From the NCBI GenBank assembly GCA_050173015.1, contig JBFXLE010000014.1:1-64000 (forward strand): 64,000 nt of DNA, in the 5' to 3' direction. Positions 49,197 through 59,790 of the stretch are shown one piece after another. Made by a program: the position numbers and the translations under genes. Every line of letters starts with the position of its first letter. Position 1 is the first letter of the stretch. Under the pieces are notes generated by a model. The model had not been told where the DNA came from. It ran no database searches and saw nothing but the letters and a program-made list of their open reading frames with translations. Origin of the DNA: Calditrichaceae bacterium. Its GTDB lineage: Bacteria > Calditrichota > Calditrichia > Calditrichales > JBFXGD01.

Positions 49197-50426
49197 CTAT
49201 GTCCGAATCGCTATGACAGGATCGAGGTCTGCCGCCCGTTTTGCCGGAAACCAGCCGGCGACCATACCAATTAATCCCAGAGTCAGCAATGAAATCGAGG
49301 CATTAAGGGGTGAAATCGACAATTGACCCACATATTTTTCCAGCCCCATTAAATTCACCGCTGAAATTATTCCGTATGAAATCATAAAACCCATAGCCCC
49401 GCCGAGGACAGTCAATAAAAGCGTTTCAAGGATATACTGTCCCAAAATCAACATTTTCCTCGCGCCCAGGGCCCGTTTGATACCGATCTCCCTGGTGCGT
49501 TCCTCGACAACGATATTCATTATATTGGATAATCCGATACCTCCAACGATCAGCGTCATGGCACCGACAATACCGAGAAATATTGAGAATCCTCCAAAAA
49601 AAGAATCCATAAATTTATCCGAGTAAGATGTATCCCATATGGCAAGCGATTCCTTGTCATTTGGATCAAAGCGGTGAATTTTGCCCAGAACCCGGTACAT
49701 TTTATCTTTCATTTGTTCTGTCAGAAGAGGGTCGGTTGCTTTATATATCATGTTACCGATGTATCTGTCGCCAAATATGCCCGCATATGTTGATGATGGG
49801 ATATACGTTGTATTGGCATCCCCGCCGTTGCTGTAATTAGAACTTTGAATCTTTTCCTTTAGCACGCCGATCACGGTGAAGGGGATAGAATTAATCATGA
49901 TTGTCTTGCCAAGACCGTTTCCTTTGCCAAAAAGATCTGTTTCCACCTGGTTTCCGATAAACACAACTCGCCGGCGGTATTGCAGGTCAAGTGGATTTAT
50001 AAATCTTCCGCCCTCTGCGGCAATCATGTTCCGCAAATTAGTAAACTCCGGATAGACCCCGGACAGGTTTGTGGAGTACGATTCTTTTCCGACTCTTACC
50101 TTCACCTGGCGGGAATATTCAGGAGTGATCCAGCGGATTTCACTGATTTGTTTTCTCAATACTTCCACATCGGATTCAGGAAAACCGATAAACCTGCCGC
50201 TGGGGAATCCTTCGAACGGGATACTGGTCCGGCCGGGCCACATAATGCAAATGCCTTCACCCAGCCCGTGTGCGGATTTTTTGGAAACTTTATACAGACC
50301 ATCTCCGAATGTTAGCAGGAGTATAATGGCAACCGATCCCCATATGATTCCGAACATGGTTAAAGTTGTCCGCAATTTTTGATGTCTTATATCCCTGAAC
50401 AACTGAATCAGATTTTGTTTGAACAT
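49197..50426 (-). CDS. ABC transporter permease (MacB/FtsX family)
   Basis: LRTTLTMFGIIWG, VGGIGLSNIM..VVEERTREIGIKRALGA, PAKRAADLDPV. Confidence 0.9.
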   Translation of the reverse strand: MFKQNLIQLFRDIRHQKLRTTLTMFGIIWGSVAIILLLTFGDGLYKVSKKSAHGLGEGICIMWPGRTSIPFEGFPSGRFIGFPESDVEVLRKQISEIRWITPEYSRQVKVRVGKESYSTNLSGVYPEFTNLRNMIAAEGGRFINPLDLQYRRRVVFIGNQVETDLFGKGNGLGKTIMINSIPFTVIGVLKEKIQSSNYSNGGDANTTYIPSSTYAGIFGDRYIGNMIYKATDPLLTEQMKDKMYRVLGKIHRFDPNDKESLAIWDTSYSDKFMDSFFGGFSIFLGIVGAMTLIVGGIGLSNIMNIVVEERTREIGIKRALGARKMLILGQYILETLLLTVLGGAMGFMISYGIISAVNLMGLEKYVGQLSISPLNASISLLTLGLIGMVAGWFPAKRAADLDPVIAIRT

Positions 50427-50473
50427 AATAAATTCTTTATGTTTTGGTTGACATTGCCGAATGCGATTATTTG

Positions 50474-51565
50474 TTATTCAATCACTTTGGGCGGTCTTTC
50501 AACAACGAGTGATTCTTTGTCTAAACCGCTCTGTATTTCTACATTGACTCCATCGCTCAACCCGAGAGATATCAGTTTCTTTTCAATGTGACCGGAAGTG
50601 GTATCTATGACTTCCACATAGGTGCTGTCATCTTTGAAAGTGACAAGTCGTTCGGGAACGTAAAGCACATCCGCGGCATTTTTGATGATAATATCCGCGT
50701 TTGCCGAATAACCGGCGCGCAATTCCACCGAGTTTGTATTGTCTATTGAAATTTCTATATCAAATAGCGTGGCATTTTCAACTTTTTTTGCTTTTGGTGA
50801 AATGCGCGAAACTTTGCCGAGGACTTCCGTTCCGGGAAGCGCCCCTATTTTCAACTGAGCGGGCATCCCCAGGTGAACTTTACCTACATCGATCTCATCA
50901 ATGGTACCACGAAAGATAAGTTCACTCATATCGGCGAGGGTATATACGGGAGTGCCAGCCTGATAGGTGGTTAAAGGCACCACCGGATCTCCGGCATTAA
51001 CAAATTTCTCCAATACGGTTCCGCTGATCGGGGCTTTGATTACTGATTCCACAGCGTCACGGCTGTCACTGGCGCGGCCGTTGATAATCAGGGATAAACG
51101 TTCTTCGTTTAATTTCTTTTTTAAAACAGCTTCATCAAAGAGCTGTTTTTCTTTTTCAAATTCCTGCTTAGAAATCAGTTTTGAATTTAATAATTCTTTC
51201 TTTCGTTCAAATTCGGTCTTGGCCTGTTCAAAAGCGACGTTGGATATTTCAAAATTCCGCCGCGCCTCTGTGATTTCGAGCGGTGTAGGATCTGGCATGA
51301 TTTCGACAAGGGCCTGACCGGTGTGAATTTTATCTCCCACTTCGGCATAAATTTTATGGACGATTCCCGCGATTTTGGATTTGACCTGAATTTCATTTAC
51401 CGGTGTTATTTCTCCGATGGCTAAAGCCTTTTCTACAATCGAACCTCGTTCCACCGGGACTTTTTTTATTTCAGCTTTCGTATCATTTCCGTTTCGCGTA
51501 AAAGCAAATATCAGAACCGAGATGATCATTAGAGCAATCAGACCGATAATAATTTTTTTCATCAT
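50474..51565 (-). CDS. Periplasmic adaptor / membrane fusion protein (MacA-like)
   Basis: N-terminal TM, VKSKIAGIV...V.D, IKAPISGTV, IDEIDVGKV..G, L.AGYSA. Confidence 0.9.
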   Translation of the reverse strand: MMKKIIIGLIALMIISVLIFAFTRNGNDTKAEIKKVPVERGSIVEKALAIGEITPVNEIQVKSKIAGIVHKIYAEVGDKIHTGQALVEIMPDPTPLEITEARRNFEISNVAFEQAKTEFERKKELLNSKLISKQEFEKEKQLFDEAVLKKKLNEERLSLIINGRASDSRDAVESVIKAPISGTVLEKFVNAGDPVVPLTTYQAGTPVYTLADMSELIFRGTIDEIDVGKVHLGMPAQLKIGALPGTEVLGKVSRISPKAKKVENATLFDIEISIDNTNSVELRAGYSANADIIIKNAADVLYVPERLVTFKDDSTYVEVIDTTSGHIEKKLISLGLSDGVNVEIQSGLDKESLVVERPPKVIE

Positions 51566-51756
51566 AGCCCCTCTCTGAATTAAAGTATCGCTTATTTTCC
51601 TGATAAATACGTTTGGAAATTTATTGATGTTGCATAGATTCTGTGTTTTTATAAAAAAATTTTACAGATATGGATAATAACTCACTGTCCTGAGGAAGAA
51701 AAACAGCGATGCTATTGCATTATTGCTGAAAAATTTATGGGAGAATTGTTCGATGA

Positions 51757-52605
51757 CTACCAGTACAGGGAGACAGAGAAACCATTTTTCGCGGGATATA
51801 TCTGCCATCTGAATGATTCCGCGGCTCCGGCGTCTTTCAACCTGTCTGAATGTCGAATGACAAAATGAACGCTGGATATGCTCAACGCGGCTCCAAGAAA
51901 GGCATCAGAAGCCCAGTGGTAATCCTCATAGACCCGGGCCATAGCTCCAAGGGTACCCAAACCGTATAAAAATACCTTCGCGGGGAGATAATTAATTCTT
52001 TTGGCCAAAACAAGGGATGTACTGACGGCAACCATGGTATGACCGGAAAGGAAAGACCTGTAATGCTCATTTCTCCTGAATGGATCAAATTCATGATTAC
52101 CGAGCTCCAGGTAGGGCCGCGCGCGTCCGGCGCTTCGCTCGGCTGTCACCTGAATCAAGCCTATAGGAACAAGCGCTGTGGTCAGGATAACAGTCGTTTC
52201 GCGAGCCCATTCGTTATCGGTAAATAGACCATATCCGTATATGCCGCCGGCGATCATAATCACTGTCAGAGGTTCTCCGTAATTTCTGCCGATTCTGCCC
52301 ATGCTGTCGCCAAATCCACTTCGATTTTTCTTTAGAAAATCACGTATTTCGTTATCCGCTAATGACATTGCGATGGCGCCTGAACTCACCGCGCCAAATG
52401 TCAGCCAGTCCCGTTTTTCCCATTTGAATGGGCTGTTTAAAACACGCGTCATACCGGATAAGGAGGCTGACGCATCATTGTAAATTTTACCCGTTATACT
52501 TCCGGATGTAACTGAATTTTGGGCGTATAATGAGAAATTAAGTATGCACAAGAGCATAAATATCTTATAAAAGTTCAAAGAAAGCATTTCCTGTTGTTGA
52601 AACAA
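51757..52605 (-). CDS. PAP2 family phosphatase (start uncertain)
   Basis: GRARP, SFLSGH, ARVYEDYHWASD motifs; signal-like N-terminus. Confidence 0.82.
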   Translation of the reverse strand: MFQQQEMLSLNFYKIFMLLCILNFSLYAQNSVTSGSITGKIYNDASASLSGMTRVLNSPFKWEKRDWLTFGAVSSGAIAMSLADNEIRDFLKKNRSGFGDSMGRIGRNYGEPLTVIMIAGGIYGYGLFTDNEWARETTVILTTALVPIGLIQVTAERSAGRARPYLELGNHEFDPFRRNEHYRSFLSGHTMVAVSTSLVLAKRINYLPAKVFLYGLGTLGAMARVYEDYHWASDAFLGAALSISSVHFVIRHSDRLKDAGAAESFRWQIYPAKNGFSVSLYW

Positions 52606-52910
52606 AAATAAAATGATTTTGTATAGTTTAGAAAATATTATCCTCTAGAGGGTTTTGACCCAAATTGATGCCGAAGAATCATGCTCTTTAAAGTTATTTG
52701 CTTTTACATTCAGACGCAAGTTTTCTTAGGAGGATAATGTGAACCTGGCGGATATTCTAAATTCCGGTAGAACGATGTAAATTTAAATAGGAGGAATTAC
52801 CGGAATATAAGAAGCTATTTGCATCAATAAATCATTTCACATACATTATATTCATAAACCAATACTTAAGTTCGGGAATTCTTTTGAGCAAATCGTTACA
52901 AATCAAACAG

Positions 52911-53951
52911 ATGATAAAGACTTTTATAATCATCGTCATGGGATGGATTGCCAGTATCTTTTTGAGTATGCGTATTATTTCTAAAAACGCGTTTAGTCCG
53001 GACGATATTATCGATGCCACGTTAGGCGGAATTATTGTTGGTACCATCAGTTTCTGGTTTGCCATGAGTGTGTTTCCGAAACTCCACAGGCGTTCATGGA
53101 GATTGAATTTTATATTACTCCTGATAGTCCGCACCTTATTCTACGTCATCCTGCTCTTCGGAGTCATCATCACGTTTGGTTTGGCGACACACAGCCTTCA
53201 AAAAAATGTCTCTGTATTCGAAATCCTGAATGATCCCAAATTTCTTGCGTTTTTAAAGAGCGGCGGATTGCTTTCATTGTTGATTTTCGTCGCGGCCGCC
53301 AGTTTTGTGATCAATTTTATTCGGCAGATAAATCGCCTTTTAGGTCCCGGTATGCTGTTAAAGGTGATCGCGGGCAGATACTATTCTCCGGTTGAGGAAG
53401 AACGGATTTTTATGTTTCTTGATCTGCGCTCATCCACAACCATCGCCGAGCATCTGGGGCATGTCAAATTTAACCGACTTCTGAATGATTTTTTTCATGA
53501 TATTTCGATGCCGGTACTTGAAACCCACGGGGAAATATACCAGTATGTGGGTGATGAGGTGGTGATCACCTGGACTTTAAAGCATGGCCTCAAAAATATG
53601 AACTGTCTGCGATGCTTTTTTAGAGTTAAAAAAGAGGTGGATTCATCGGAAGCGAAATATCTGCAAAAATACGGGCTTGTACCGCAGTTTAAGGCCGGGG
53701 TGCATTACGGAAGGGTAGTGACTTCGGAAGTGGGAGATCTTAAAAAAGAAATCGTGTTCAGCGGAGATGTTCTCAATACCGCCGCGAGAATTCAGGCGGA
53801 ATGCAATGGTCTTAAGAAAGATCTTCTTGTCTCCGAGGAATTAATGAATCGAATAACAATCATCCCGGGTTATCGAAAGACAAATATGGGTGATTTTTTA
53901 CTTCGGGGTAAAGAACATTCAATGGCTCTGTATGCTGTTGAAAAAGACTAA
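52911..53951 (+). CDS. Membrane-anchored class III nucleotidyl cyclase
   Basis: About four TM helices; FMFLDLRSST, QYVGDEV, KAGVHYG, GDVLNTAARIQ, LRGK. Confidence 0.85.
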   Translation: MIKTFIIIVMGWIASIFLSMRIISKNAFSPDDIIDATLGGIIVGTISFWFAMSVFPKLHRRSWRLNFILLLIVRTLFYVILLFGVIITFGLATHSLQKNVSVFEILNDPKFLAFLKSGGLLSLLIFVAAASFVINFIRQINRLLGPGMLLKVIAGRYYSPVEEERIFMFLDLRSSTTIAEHLGHVKFNRLLNDFFHDISMPVLETHGEIYQYVGDEVVITWTLKHGLKNMNCLRCFFRVKKEVDSSEAKYLQKYGLVPQFKAGVHYGRVVTSEVGDLKKEIVFSGDVLNTAARIQAECNGLKKDLLVSEELMNRITIIPGYRKTNMGDFLLRGKEHSMALYAVEKD

Positions 53952-53967
53952 ATTTGCCTGTTACGGG

Positions 53968-56022
53968 TCATGTCTCCGTTCTGCCTTTAATATAAGCGTA
54001 CGTATCCATCTGAGAGCGAATTTTTTTCTCCCGAGGATCTTCCCGATATGGATTGGACTGATCTTTGTCGATAATTCTGGCTTTTACGTTGTCATTTAGC
54101 TGGAAATCAATGATGTCGCGAATTTCCTGTCGCAAACTCATGTCATACACAGGAAAAACAACTTCAATCCTGCTGCTTAGGTTTCTCTGCATCCAGTCCG
54201 CCGATCCGGTAAAATATAATTCATCGCCGCCATTATGAAAAATGTAAACCCGGGCATGCTCAAGGAATCGGTCGATAATGCTTATTACTTCTATGTTTTC
54301 GCTCATATCCTTCACCCCTGGAATAAGACAGCAGATTCCTCTGGCGATGATACGGATTTTTACACCGGCATTGCTCGCTTCATAAAGACGCCGGATAATT
54401 TTCTTGTCCTGCAGACTGTTTAACTTTATGATAATTTCGGCTTTTTTGCCGGATTCGGCATTTAGAATCTCATTTTTGATGAGCTGATAAAACCGTTTTC
54501 GCATGTTGAAAGGCGCCACAAGTAAATGTGAAAAGGCTATTGGGTCCGGGTTTCTGTTAAGATACTTAAATAATGAACTGATTTCCGAAGTGAGACGCTT
54601 ATCTGCCGAGAAGAAACCAAAATCGCAATATATTCGCGCTGTTTTTTCGTTGAAATTGCCTGTCGATATATAACAATAATTTCTTGGTCCATCCGATTCA
54701 TTCCTGGAAATGAGACAAATTTTTGAATGAACTTTCAAACCCGGGAAGCTGTATAGCACCTGTATCCCGGCATTTTCCATCTCTTCAGCCCATTTGATAT
54801 TCATTTCTTCATCAAATCTCGCCTTAACTTCGACAAACGCGGTTACTTTTATACTCCTCTTTGCAGCGTGTATCAGATTTTTTACGATTTCGGAATCAGG
54901 CGCCACCCGGTAAAGAGTGATGCTGATGGCGGTAACGTTTGGATCATTGGCAGCCCGGGACAGAAATTGTGTGACATAATCATATGACTGATAGGGGAAA
55001 TAGACCATGATGTCCCGCCGGCTGATGATGCTGAACATATCCGGATTTGAATCAAAAATTCCGGAAGGCAAAGGCGGCATTGGTTCGTAAAGATGCCCCG
55101 TTTGATTTATAGCAGGGAAGGAGAAAAAATCATTGAAATTGTGAAAGCGGCCGCCCGCGACTAAATCTTCTTTATTCAGATTGAGTGATTCAGTAAGGAA
55201 TTTCAGGAAATCTTCCGGCATGTTCTGATCATATAAAAATCTGGATGGGACACCCGTGCTGCGCTTAGAGAGTCCTTTTTTGATCTTTTCAAGCAAATCA
55301 CCGCTGAATTCATCATCCAAATACATTTGAGCATCACGTGTTAATTTAATGGAATAGGAAGATTCAATCTCATATCCGGGAAAGATTGAAGGCAGATTGA
55401 ATCGAATAATGTCGTCGATCAATATGACATAACGCGTATCTCCCGTGGAAGGAATTTTAATAAAACGGGAACTCTGTTTTGTGGGAATTTCAACAAGGGC
55501 ATATTTTGAACGGCCGGCGCCCTTCTGGCTTTTTGAGAGCAATTTAACAGCGAGATAAAGCGCTTTATTTTGAAGAAACGGGGCAACTTTCTTTTTTACA
55601 AGCAAAATAGGCTGAACATAGGGAATAATATTTGTGACAAAATATTCATGTGCAAATACTTTTTGATCCGCGCTCAGTTCCGTATCGGTAATAATAAATA
55701 TGTTCTGTTTGGCGAGTTTCTCCAGAATATCTCTGTTGATGATTCCGAGTTGTTCCTGCTGATTAAAAACGGTTTTTTGAATCTGATCGAGTAGGAGTGC
55801 CGGGTCGAATTCAAGTTTTTTTCGTGTTTTTTTCTTAAGCTCCAGCAAATTTCTGAGCGCGGCCACTCTCACCCGGAAAAATTCATCTAGATTGGATGAA
55901 AATATAGCCATAAATTTTATCTGTTCATATAATGGTACATCAGGATCCATCGCCTCCTGAAGCACACGGTGATTAAATGAAAGCCAGCTTAGTTCACGGT
56001 TAAAGTAGATAAAATCACTCAT
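53968..56022 (-). CDS. ppk1: Polyphosphate kinase 1
   Basis: NRELSWLSFN.RVLQEA, IFSSNLDEFFRVRV, PYQSY, TLYRV, VEVKARFDEE.NI, LKVHSK, STGNFNE.TAR.Y.D, RFLEHAR, SADWM.RNL..RIE. Confidence 0.95.
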   Translation of the reverse strand: MSDFIYFNRELSWLSFNHRVLQEAMDPDVPLYEQIKFMAIFSSNLDEFFRVRVAALRNLLELKKKTRKKLEFDPALLLDQIQKTVFNQQEQLGIINRDILEKLAKQNIFIITDTELSADQKVFAHEYFVTNIIPYVQPILLVKKKVAPFLQNKALYLAVKLLSKSQKGAGRSKYALVEIPTKQSSRFIKIPSTGDTRYVILIDDIIRFNLPSIFPGYEIESSYSIKLTRDAQMYLDDEFSGDLLEKIKKGLSKRSTGVPSRFLYDQNMPEDFLKFLTESLNLNKEDLVAGGRFHNFNDFFSFPAINQTGHLYEPMPPLPSGIFDSNPDMFSIISRRDIMVYFPYQSYDYVTQFLSRAANDPNVTAISITLYRVAPDSEIVKNLIHAAKRSIKVTAFVEVKARFDEEMNIKWAEEMENAGIQVLYSFPGLKVHSKICLISRNESDGPRNYCYISTGNFNEKTARIYCDFGFFSADKRLTSEISSLFKYLNRNPDPIAFSHLLVAPFNMRKRFYQLIKNEILNAESGKKAEIIIKLNSLQDKKIIRRLYEASNAGVKIRIIARGICCLIPGVKDMSENIEVISIIDRFLEHARVYIFHNGGDELYFTGSADWMQRNLSSRIEVVFPVYDMSLRQEIRDIIDFQLNDNVKARIIDKDQSNPYREDPREKKIRSQMDTYAYIKGRTET

Positions 56023-56223
56023 TTTTTTTCCTGATTTAAACTTAAAGTACCAGTCGAAATGATATTAATAAATAACTAAGAAATGTAGTGCTACGACATT
56101 CTAATTCGAAATCAGATCAAATTCAATCGTAATTTGGCATTTTTACAATAAATATGATATATTTTCTGCCTTGTGATTAAGAAAAAAATGACTTTCGGAA
56201 TAAACAAACCAGGGATTTGAAGG

Positions 56224-57084
56224 ATGAAGAAAACCGCATATCTTTTGGTAATACTATTGCTTCTTATTGTATTTATTTTGTCCGGAAGAACAGATTATAC
56301 TTCAGACAGATCCTCTCTCCGAAACTCGTTCGCGCTTATTATGCGGAATTCTTCGCTCATAGATGATCCTGAACTGAAAGAAATTTCAGGTCTGGCCTCA
56401 TCTGAAGACGGTCGGCTATTCTGCCATAATGATGAGACGGGGATTGTGTACGAGGTTGACCGGAAAGAAGGAAAAATTATTAAAAAATTCTTTCCCGGTA
56501 ATAAAATTATAAAAGCTGATTTTGAAGGCATTGCCATTGCGGACGATGAATTTTATATGGTGACCAGCAGCGGAGAAATTTATGAATTCAGTGAAGGAGA
56601 GGACAACGCGTTTGTCGGGTATAAGTTCTATGATACGGGACTTCCGGCCAAATGTGATATTGAAGGTTTGTGCTATGATCCCGAAACGGACTGTCTTCTT
56701 TTAGCCTGCAAGGGGTATCCGGGAAAAGGTTATGAGGGATCGAAGGCCGTCTATTCGTTTTCACTGAATACGAAATCTTTGATTAAGGAGCCCCGATTTC
56801 TTCTGTCTGAAAAATTACTAAAAAAACAGACAGGTGAAAAAAATTTTTATCCGTCCGGAATAGAAAGAAATCCTGTTACAGGCACCTTTCTTATCATATC
56901 TGCCCGCGCGAAAGCTATCATCGAAATTTCAGGGGACGGTGAAATCTTAGGACATGCGGAGCTCGACAAAAAAGTGCATGATCAGCCTGAGGGGATTACT
57001 TTTACTCAGGACTTGAATATATTGATAAGTGATGAGGGAAGAAAAAGCGGAAAACTCACCCTTTATAAAAAAACAAAAAGTTAA
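56224..57084 (+). CDS. SdiA-regulated (YjiK-like) beta-propeller protein, exported
   Basis: Signal peptide; LKEISGL, HNDE.G, DFEGI, DIEGLCYD, PSGI..NP.TG, QPEGITF, ISDEG. Confidence 0.8.
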   Translation: MKKTAYLLVILLLLIVFILSGRTDYTSDRSSLRNSFALIMRNSSLIDDPELKEISGLASSEDGRLFCHNDETGIVYEVDRKEGKIIKKFFPGNKIIKADFEGIAIADDEFYMVTSSGEIYEFSEGEDNAFVGYKFYDTGLPAKCDIEGLCYDPETDCLLLACKGYPGKGYEGSKAVYSFSLNTKSLIKEPRFLLSEKLLKKQTGEKNFYPSGIERNPVTGTFLIISARAKAIIEISGDGEILGHAELDKKVHDQPEGITFTQDLNILISDEGRKSGKLTLYKKTKS

Positions 57085-57124
57085 CCAGTGCAAATTCAAG
57101 CTAATATTGCTGTCATTGTTAAGG

Positions 57125-59770
57125 ATGAAATTTAAATTGAACCGGATTACGTTAAAAATTTTAATATTATTGAGTATTTTTTTTCTGAACCGAAATACCG
57201 GAATTTGCGAGGCCCGGGAGGCGATTAGCACTAATAATATTACACAGGTCGTTGTTGATCCGGATATTGATGCCGGTCCTGTCCATAAATTTTTGTGGGG
57301 AGGTCACTGGAGAAAATTATGGTCAACCGGAATAAAGGTGCCTGTACTCGATATTAAAAATTTCGACGGCGGACTCCTGCCTGCCGGGATAGATACAGGC
57401 AAAACCGCCCTGTATTTTAAGAGTACTAACGGAAAATCTTTTAAATTTGAACCAATCGATACCGAATCCCGGAGCAAATTAGCCTATGATTACCGGCGAA
57501 CATTCGCTTCATATATCAATGCTGATCAATATAGTACCGCGCACCCCGCGGCGGGATTGGTAACGGCTCATCTGCTTAACGGAGTTGGGTTATCCACCCC
57601 CGAACCCATCTTAATCGCCCTTCCATATCATGTGTTACCGGATTCTTTATTGATTCGGTTCGAGGGCAAGGCGGGCTTGCTCTATGAAATTCCATCAGAT
57701 GAATACACTGGTCATGGCCCAAACCGGTATATTGAGTCCTATGAAATATTTGAAGAAACCGAAAATAATCATAACAGCAATGTTGACGCGGTGAGCTTAT
57801 TGAAACACCGGCTGATGGATATTTATCTTGGAGAGAATGAGAGACCGGTTCAGAAATGGAAATGGAAATATGATTTAAAAGGGGCTTCTAAAATCTGGCG
57901 CCCGGTTCCATCGGAAAGAGATCTGGCATTTTCGGTTCAGGACGGATTCTTCCCCTGGATTATCACTCTCTCCATTACTCCGATCGAGGGATTTGGAGAA
58001 AATTATCAACAAATTAACAATATGACGTGGACAGGGCGGTACCTTGACCGAAGGTTTCTGACGGGAATTGATAGATCATTATGGGATTCAGTAACGGTTT
58101 CGATTCAGTCAGCATTAACAAATGAGCTTATTGAAAACGCGGTTCGCAAAATGCCGGCGGAATGGTATGAAAAAGAGGGAAATCGCCTCACCGGCATGCT
58201 GAAGAAAAGACGGGATAACCTGAAATCGATTTCTGAACAGTATTACCGTTTATTGTCAGAGTACGTATCTATATGGACAGGCAACGGACCCGATTATGTA
58301 TTAGTCAACCGCCTTGATGATCAAAAACTCGAAGTAACGATTTATAGGAAAGATCCGCAATCAGGAGAAAAAACCGGTGAAACGGTGTATCATCGATTCT
58401 TTGATGGCGCGGAAACAAAAGAACTACGATTGTACTTGCAGGATGGTGATGATACCGCGATTGTCAGAGGGAACACACGTAAGAATATAATTGTCAGAAT
58501 CGCTGCCGGAAAAGGTAAGGATACTCTGATCGATGAATCCAGGGTCGGGAAGTATCTTTGTAAAATTTTGCCGGTAACCGTTGATGCCACCGGGACCTAC
58601 TTCTATGATCCGGATGACGATACGGTTCCGATTGAATCGACAGCTACTAAATCTATCATTGAACCCGATCCCGAGGAACTCCCTTATGATCCATCGACTG
58701 ACGTGTATAATGAAAATTACGAACCGCGGGAACGGGATTCGGGATTTGCCTGGAAATTTATGCCATGGTTCAACTTTACATCAGATGACGGTTTTGTGCT
58801 TGGCGGCGGTCCGGTCAGGTATGAATATGGATTCCGGACACAACCTTATGTTTACAGAATGTCTCTTCTTGGGGCATACGCGACATACGCCAATACCTAT
58901 CGTCTTGAATATAACGGGGAATTTTATTCGCTGATACGGGGATGGAGGGTTTTGATCAAAGCCGGTCGGACAGAACTCGATTATAACAGATTCTTCGGAT
59001 TTGGTAATGAAACAAAATTCGACGGAAAGCTCGAAGATCAGGGTTATTATAAAACAGAGCAGAAACTGACTGAATTTTTAAGCAGATATGAATTTGAGGT
59101 TTACCACAAAACAAGATTTTCATTTGGCTTCACTGTTAAAAATTCCGACATACCCGCCAAAAGCAATACCATTCTTGAAAATTCAGATCTGAACGGAATC
59201 GGCGACAAAACTTATTTGAGTTTGTATTCCGGACTGACCAGAGATACAAGAGATCATCAATATTTTCCTCAAAATGGAATGTTTGTCACCATAAGCGGAG
59301 AATATTTTCCCGAATTGCTCGACAATGGGAATCATTATATAAAGACCGGATTGGATGCCAGGTTTTACACGACCACTGAACGATTGAACGCGACACTGGC
59401 GGCAAGGCTGTATTCTGAAAAATTATGGGGTGACTATTTCTTCTTCGACGGCGCCTATCTCGGCGGAGGTGACAAATTGCTCGGCTACAGCCGTGAAAGA
59501 TTCGCGGGCGATGCTTCCGTTCTCGGCAGGATGGAGCTCCGTATACCTGTAGCCAAGGTCGAAATTGTTTTTCCGGCAACTTTTGGCGTCTCATTTTATG
59601 GTGAGCTGGGGCGTGTGTTCCGTGATGGAGAATCATCGGACAAATGGCACAATTCCCAGGGCGCGGGCGCGTGGCTTTCCTATTTTCATAAGCGAATAAA
59701 TCTAAATTTTACCGCGGCAAACTCTACTGAAGATCTGGCTTTTTATTTCAGAACGGAATTTATGTTTTAG
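57125..59770 (+). CDS. Omp85/BamA-TamA family outer-membrane protein with large N-terminal domain
   Basis: Signal peptide; barrel-region features FN..DDGF.LG, RDTRD, LGG...L.GY.RERF.GD, ELRIP, GRV; terminal Phe (FYFRTEFMF). Confidence 0.72.
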   Translation: MKFKLNRITLKILILLSIFFLNRNTGICEAREAISTNNITQVVVDPDIDAGPVHKFLWGGHWRKLWSTGIKVPVLDIKNFDGGLLPAGIDTGKTALYFKSTNGKSFKFEPIDTESRSKLAYDYRRTFASYINADQYSTAHPAAGLVTAHLLNGVGLSTPEPILIALPYHVLPDSLLIRFEGKAGLLYEIPSDEYTGHGPNRYIESYEIFEETENNHNSNVDAVSLLKHRLMDIYLGENERPVQKWKWKYDLKGASKIWRPVPSERDLAFSVQDGFFPWIITLSITPIEGFGENYQQINNMTWTGRYLDRRFLTGIDRSLWDSVTVSIQSALTNELIENAVRKMPAEWYEKEGNRLTGMLKKRRDNLKSISEQYYRLLSEYVSIWTGNGPDYVLVNRLDDQKLEVTIYRKDPQSGEKTGETVYHRFFDGAETKELRLYLQDGDDTAIVRGNTRKNIIVRIAAGKGKDTLIDESRVGKYLCKILPVTVDATGTYFYDPDDDTVPIESTATKSIIEPDPEELPYDPSTDVYNENYEPRERDSGFAWKFMPWFNFTSDDGFVLGGGPVRYEYGFRTQPYVYRMSLLGAYATYANTYRLEYNGEFYSLIRGWRVLIKAGRTELDYNRFFGFGNETKFDGKLEDQGYYKTEQKLTEFLSRYEFEVYHKTRFSFGFTVKNSDIPAKSNTILENSDLNGIGDKTYLSLYSGLTRDTRDHQYFPQNGMFVTISGEYFPELLDNGNHYIKTGLDARFYTTTERLNATLAARLYSEKLWGDYFFFDGAYLGGGDKLLGYSRERFAGDASVLGRMELRIPVAKVEIVFPATFGVSFYGELGRVFRDGESSDKWHNSQGAGAWLSYFHKRINLNFTAANSTEDLAFYFRTEFMF

Positions 59771-59790
59771 ATGGATTTTATATAAAACTC

